A DNA stretch of 64,000 bases from an uncultured bacterium (GTDB lineage: Bacteria; Bacillota_I; Bacilli_A; RFN20; CAG-826): assembly GCA_949284685.1 (NCBI GenBank), contig CASDWE010000002.1, forward strand, positions 83,064 through 147,063, written 5' to 3'. The notes under the pieces were generated by a model that ran no database searches, was not told where the DNA came from, and was given only the letters and a program-made list of their open reading frames with translations. Positions 61,733-64,000 of this stretch are shown here, one piece after another; within the stretch, counting starts at the first letter, position 1, and every line of letters starts with the position of its first letter. A program made the translations under genes and the position numbers.

Positions 61733-61747
61733 AAAAATTCTTTTAAA

Positions 61748-62785
61748 TTATTTAACAATACCTAATACGCGTCCCATTTCATGAGCTAAACGGACATATT
61801 GGCAAGTGTATGAATATTCATTATCATACCAGGAAACAACTTTGACTAATTGTAAACCTTCTGGAGTAGTGAAAACACTTGTTTGAGTGGCGTCAAAAAT
61901 AGAACCTTCTGTTGAACCGATGATATCACTAGAAACAACTTCATCTTCAGTATAACCTAAAACACCTTTTAAAGTGGTTTCGCTTGCTTTTTTCATTGCA
62001 GCATTGATTTCTTCAACAGTAACTTCTTTTTCTAACACTAATGATAAATCCACTAAAGAACCATCAACGACTGGAACACGGACTGCTCCACCTCTCATTT
62101 TGCCTTCCAATTCAGGAATAACTAAGTTGATAGCTTTAGCAGCACCAGTTGTGGTAGGAACAATATTTGCAGCAGCAGCACGTCCACGACGTAAATTGCC
62201 TTTTGCTAAGTCAAGTGTTGTTTGGTCGTTGGTGTAAGCGTGAACTGTAGTCATATAGCCACCTTTAACACCAAAATTATCAACTAAGACACGCATAACT
62301 GGAGCTAAGCAGTTTGTTGTACAACTTGCACCAGAAATAACTGTCATATCTTTGGTTAATTTGTCGGTATTAACACCATAGACAAATGTTGGGGTTTCTT
62401 TATCAGATGGTGCGGAAATAATAACAGCTTTTGCACCATTATCTAAATGTACTTGGGCATCTTTTTTGCCTTTAAATCTTCCTGTACATTCTAAGACGAT
62501 ATCGACTCCATATTCGCCCCAATGTAAATCATGAGGATCTTTTTGTCCTAAGACAGGAATTTTACGACCTTCAAACACTAAAGAATTGCTATCGACATCA
62601 TAAGAAATATCGTCTTTTCTCCAACTTCTTTGTGCGGTATCGTATTTTAATAAGTACGCTAATGTTTTTGCATCAACTAAATCGTTAATCGCGACAACTT
62701 CAAAGTCGCCTGTTTCAACGGCGCGTCTAAAAGCAAGACGTCCAATACGGCCAAAGCCATTAATTGCAATTTTTATTTTTGACAT
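61748..62785 (-). CDS. gap: Type I glyceraldehyde-3-phosphate dehydrogenase
   Basis: Motifs are INGFGRIGR, the active site SGASCTTNCLAP, and WYDNE. Confidence 0.96.
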   Translation of the reverse strand: MSKIKIAINGFGRIGRLAFRRAVETGDFEVVAINDLVDAKTLAYLLKYDTAQRSWRKDDISYDVDSNSLVFEGRKIPVLGQKDPHDLHWGEYGVDIVLECTGRFKGKKDAQVHLDNGAKAVIISAPSDKETPTFVYGVNTDKLTKDMTVISGASCTTNCLAPVMRVLVDNFGVKGGYMTTVHAYTNDQTTLDLAKGNLRRGRAAAANIVPTTTGAAKAINLVIPELEGKMRGGAVRVPVVDGSLVDLSLVLEKEVTVEEINAAMKKASETTLKGVLGYTEDEVVSSDIIGSTEGSIFDATQTSVFTTPEGLQLVKVVSWYDNEYSYTCQYVRLAHEMGRVLGIVK

Positions 62786-62901
62786 CTATATGTCCTCCTT
62801 TTTTTACTGCAAATATAGTTTACTATATTCAAAAATTATTTCAAGCATTTTAAATATGTTCTAAAACAAGAAATTTTTTGAATACAAAATTTAAAATTTG
62901 T

Positions 62902-63600
62902 TTATTTTTTTACTTCGTTTTTTTGTAATTGATAAGATAAACATTTAACTAACAAATAAGTTAAAATTGCACCTATTGAATTACCAACAATTGTTAACAA
63001 AAGATTATAAAAGCAATTTAATACATCAAATGAATTAGCAAAAGCAAAATAAAACATATTAGCGATGCAGTGCTCCGCTCCTATGTAGACAAAAATTGTT
63101 ACACAAAATACCAAGGAAAATATTTTAGCAAAATAGTTATCAAAAAATTTGTAAAAATACACCGCTAAAAAAACAAATAATCCGCAAATCACAGATGAAA
63201 TTAGTGATTTATACCACGTATTAGCAATATTTCCTATTCTTGAAGATACAATTGTATTTATTGAATTAGCGATGTCTTGATTATTTAAAAAAGCAAAAGA
63301 TAATAAATAACCTATTAATATCGCACCTAGCAAATTAAAAATAAGCATGATAAATAATTCTAAAGCAATAAATTTGTGTTTGTTTTCTATAACAAATCCA
63401 ATTTGACCAGTATATAGTTTGCTTTTTAAAGTGCAAACTAAAAATAAACCAATAGAAAACAAAAACGCTCCCAAAAACTTCAGCTGATAACTTGACGCTA
63501 CAACATTAGCAAACCCGCCCAAACCAATAAAAATACCAGAAGCAAGACTACTAACAATTAACAATAAATACTTTTTTAAAATAACGTTCTTTTCATTCAT
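62902..63600 (-). CDS. Formate/nitrite transporter (FNT) family protein, short form
   Basis: There are six TM helices. The motifs LYTGQ (compare LFTGN), GAEHCIANMFYF (compare G.EHSIANMF) and VGNSIGA are present. Confidence 0.7.
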   Translation of the reverse strand: MNEKNVILKKYLLLIVSSLASGIFIGLGGFANVVASSYQLKFLGAFLFSIGLFLVCTLKSKLYTGQIGFVIENKHKFIALELFIMLIFNLLGAILIGYLLSFAFLNNQDIANSINTIVSSRIGNIANTWYKSLISSVICGLFVFLAVYFYKFFDNYFAKIFSLVFCVTIFVYIGAEHCIANMFYFAFANSFDVLNCFYNLLLTIVGNSIGAILTYLLVKCLSYQLQKNEVKK

Positions 63601-63604
63601 AATT

Positions 63605-63820
63605 TTATAAACCTTTAAATAAGTCTTTAATTTTAATGGATAAACCGTTGCTTATCTTAAAAAGAACTTTGACAGTAGGATTTCTTTTTCCTCTTTCTAA
63701 ATCACCAAGATAATTTCTATTTATGTTACAAATTAAAGACAAATCTTCAATACTTAAATTTTTATTTTTTCTTAATTCTCTTATTCGTTGGCCCAATTTA
63801 ATTAACAAATCATCGTTCAT
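63605..63820 (-). CDS. XRE-family helix-turn-helix transcriptional regulator (71 aa)
   Basis: The pattern LGQRIRELRKNKNLSIEDLSLICNINRNYLGDLERGKRNPTVKVLFKISNGL is a classic HTH_3 pattern. Confidence 0.85.
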   Translation of the reverse strand: MNDDLLIKLGQRIRELRKNKNLSIEDLSLICNINRNYLGDLERGKRNPTVKVLFKISNGLSIKIKDLFKGL

Positions 63821-64000
63821 ATTTTAAAGACATCTCCTCAATTTTTTTAAACAAGTGAGCAATATTTGATTTACTAACTGGTTTTTTTAAAGTCATCGAC
63901 ATCATTTTAGCCAAATCGCTCAATGATGAAGATTCATAATCTAAACGATAACGGCATAGCAATCTAATTTTATCATTTACAATGTTATCTATACCTAGAT
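63810..64000 (-). CDS. whiA: WhiA-like DNA-binding protein, C-terminal HTH domain only (5' part outside the window)
   Basis: It is absent from the ORF track. Manual translation gives ...LGIDNIVNDKIRLLCRYRLDYESSSLSDLAKMMSMTLKKPVSKSNIAHLFKKIEEMSLKYER*. This resembles the WhiA C-terminus (A.LRL..P..SL.EL......ISKSG.NHRLRKI). The TGA at 63810-63812 overlaps the XRE gene start by 11 nt. Confidence 0.55.
   Translation of the reverse strand, partial: LGIDNIVNDKIRLLCRYRLDYESSSLSDLAKMMSMTLKKPVSKSNIAHLFKKIEEMSLKYER

Overview
This is an AT-rich chromosomal segment: hand counts on sample lines give about 25-30% G+C outside the rRNA genes. It comes from a reduced, PolC-type Bacillota or Mollicutes-like bacterium. 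The 16S carries Mollicutes/Acholeplasma- or RF39-like signatures and there are several lipobox lipoproteins, but TGA is a stop, because long essential genes such as the 1458-aa PolC are uninterrupted under the standard code. 44 of 53 intact CDSs and the 16S-23S-5S operon lie on the minus strand. From about 17.9 to 53.5 kb the minus strand is collinear with, and much more compact than, the Bacillus subtilis region yloU-yloV-recG-plsX-rnc-ftsY-ylxM-ffh-rpsP-rimM-trmD-rplS-ylqF-rnhB-smf-topA-codV-rpsB-tsf-pyrH-frr-uppS-cdsA-dxr-rasP-polC. A gap-pgk-tpiA cluster lies at 59.7-62.8 kb. There are three departures from collinearity: the rpsP-KH-rimM-trmD block is inverted, a lipoprotein plus an NCS2 permease are inserted next to it, and a plus-strand MacB-like ABC transporter sits where fapR and the fab genes would be. 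Accessory material is confined to about 9.2-14.2 kb and 17.5-17.9 kb, and both patches abut the 3' ends of stand-alone tRNA genes with C34 anticodons (Leu-CAG, Pro-CGG). These patches hold a G+C-rich HTH-Fic gene, an AAA/DUF4143 ATPase, several frameshifted or truncated gene remnants, and a wrecked MNT-HepT toxin-antitoxin pair. I found no CRISPR array, no intact IS, integrase or prophage, and no convincing intact novel multi-gene system. The items most worth a second look are the eroding tRNA-linked islands, the HepT gene whose catalytic motif looks scrambled by a compensated frameshift pair, the inverted ribosomal-protein block with interlocked convergent terminators, two structurally deviant tRNAs, a GNAT-ASCH fusion, and a blasticidin-S-deaminase-like gene. 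All family calls rest on motif recognition by eye, since no searches could be run. rRNA and regulatory coordinates are approximate to a few nt.
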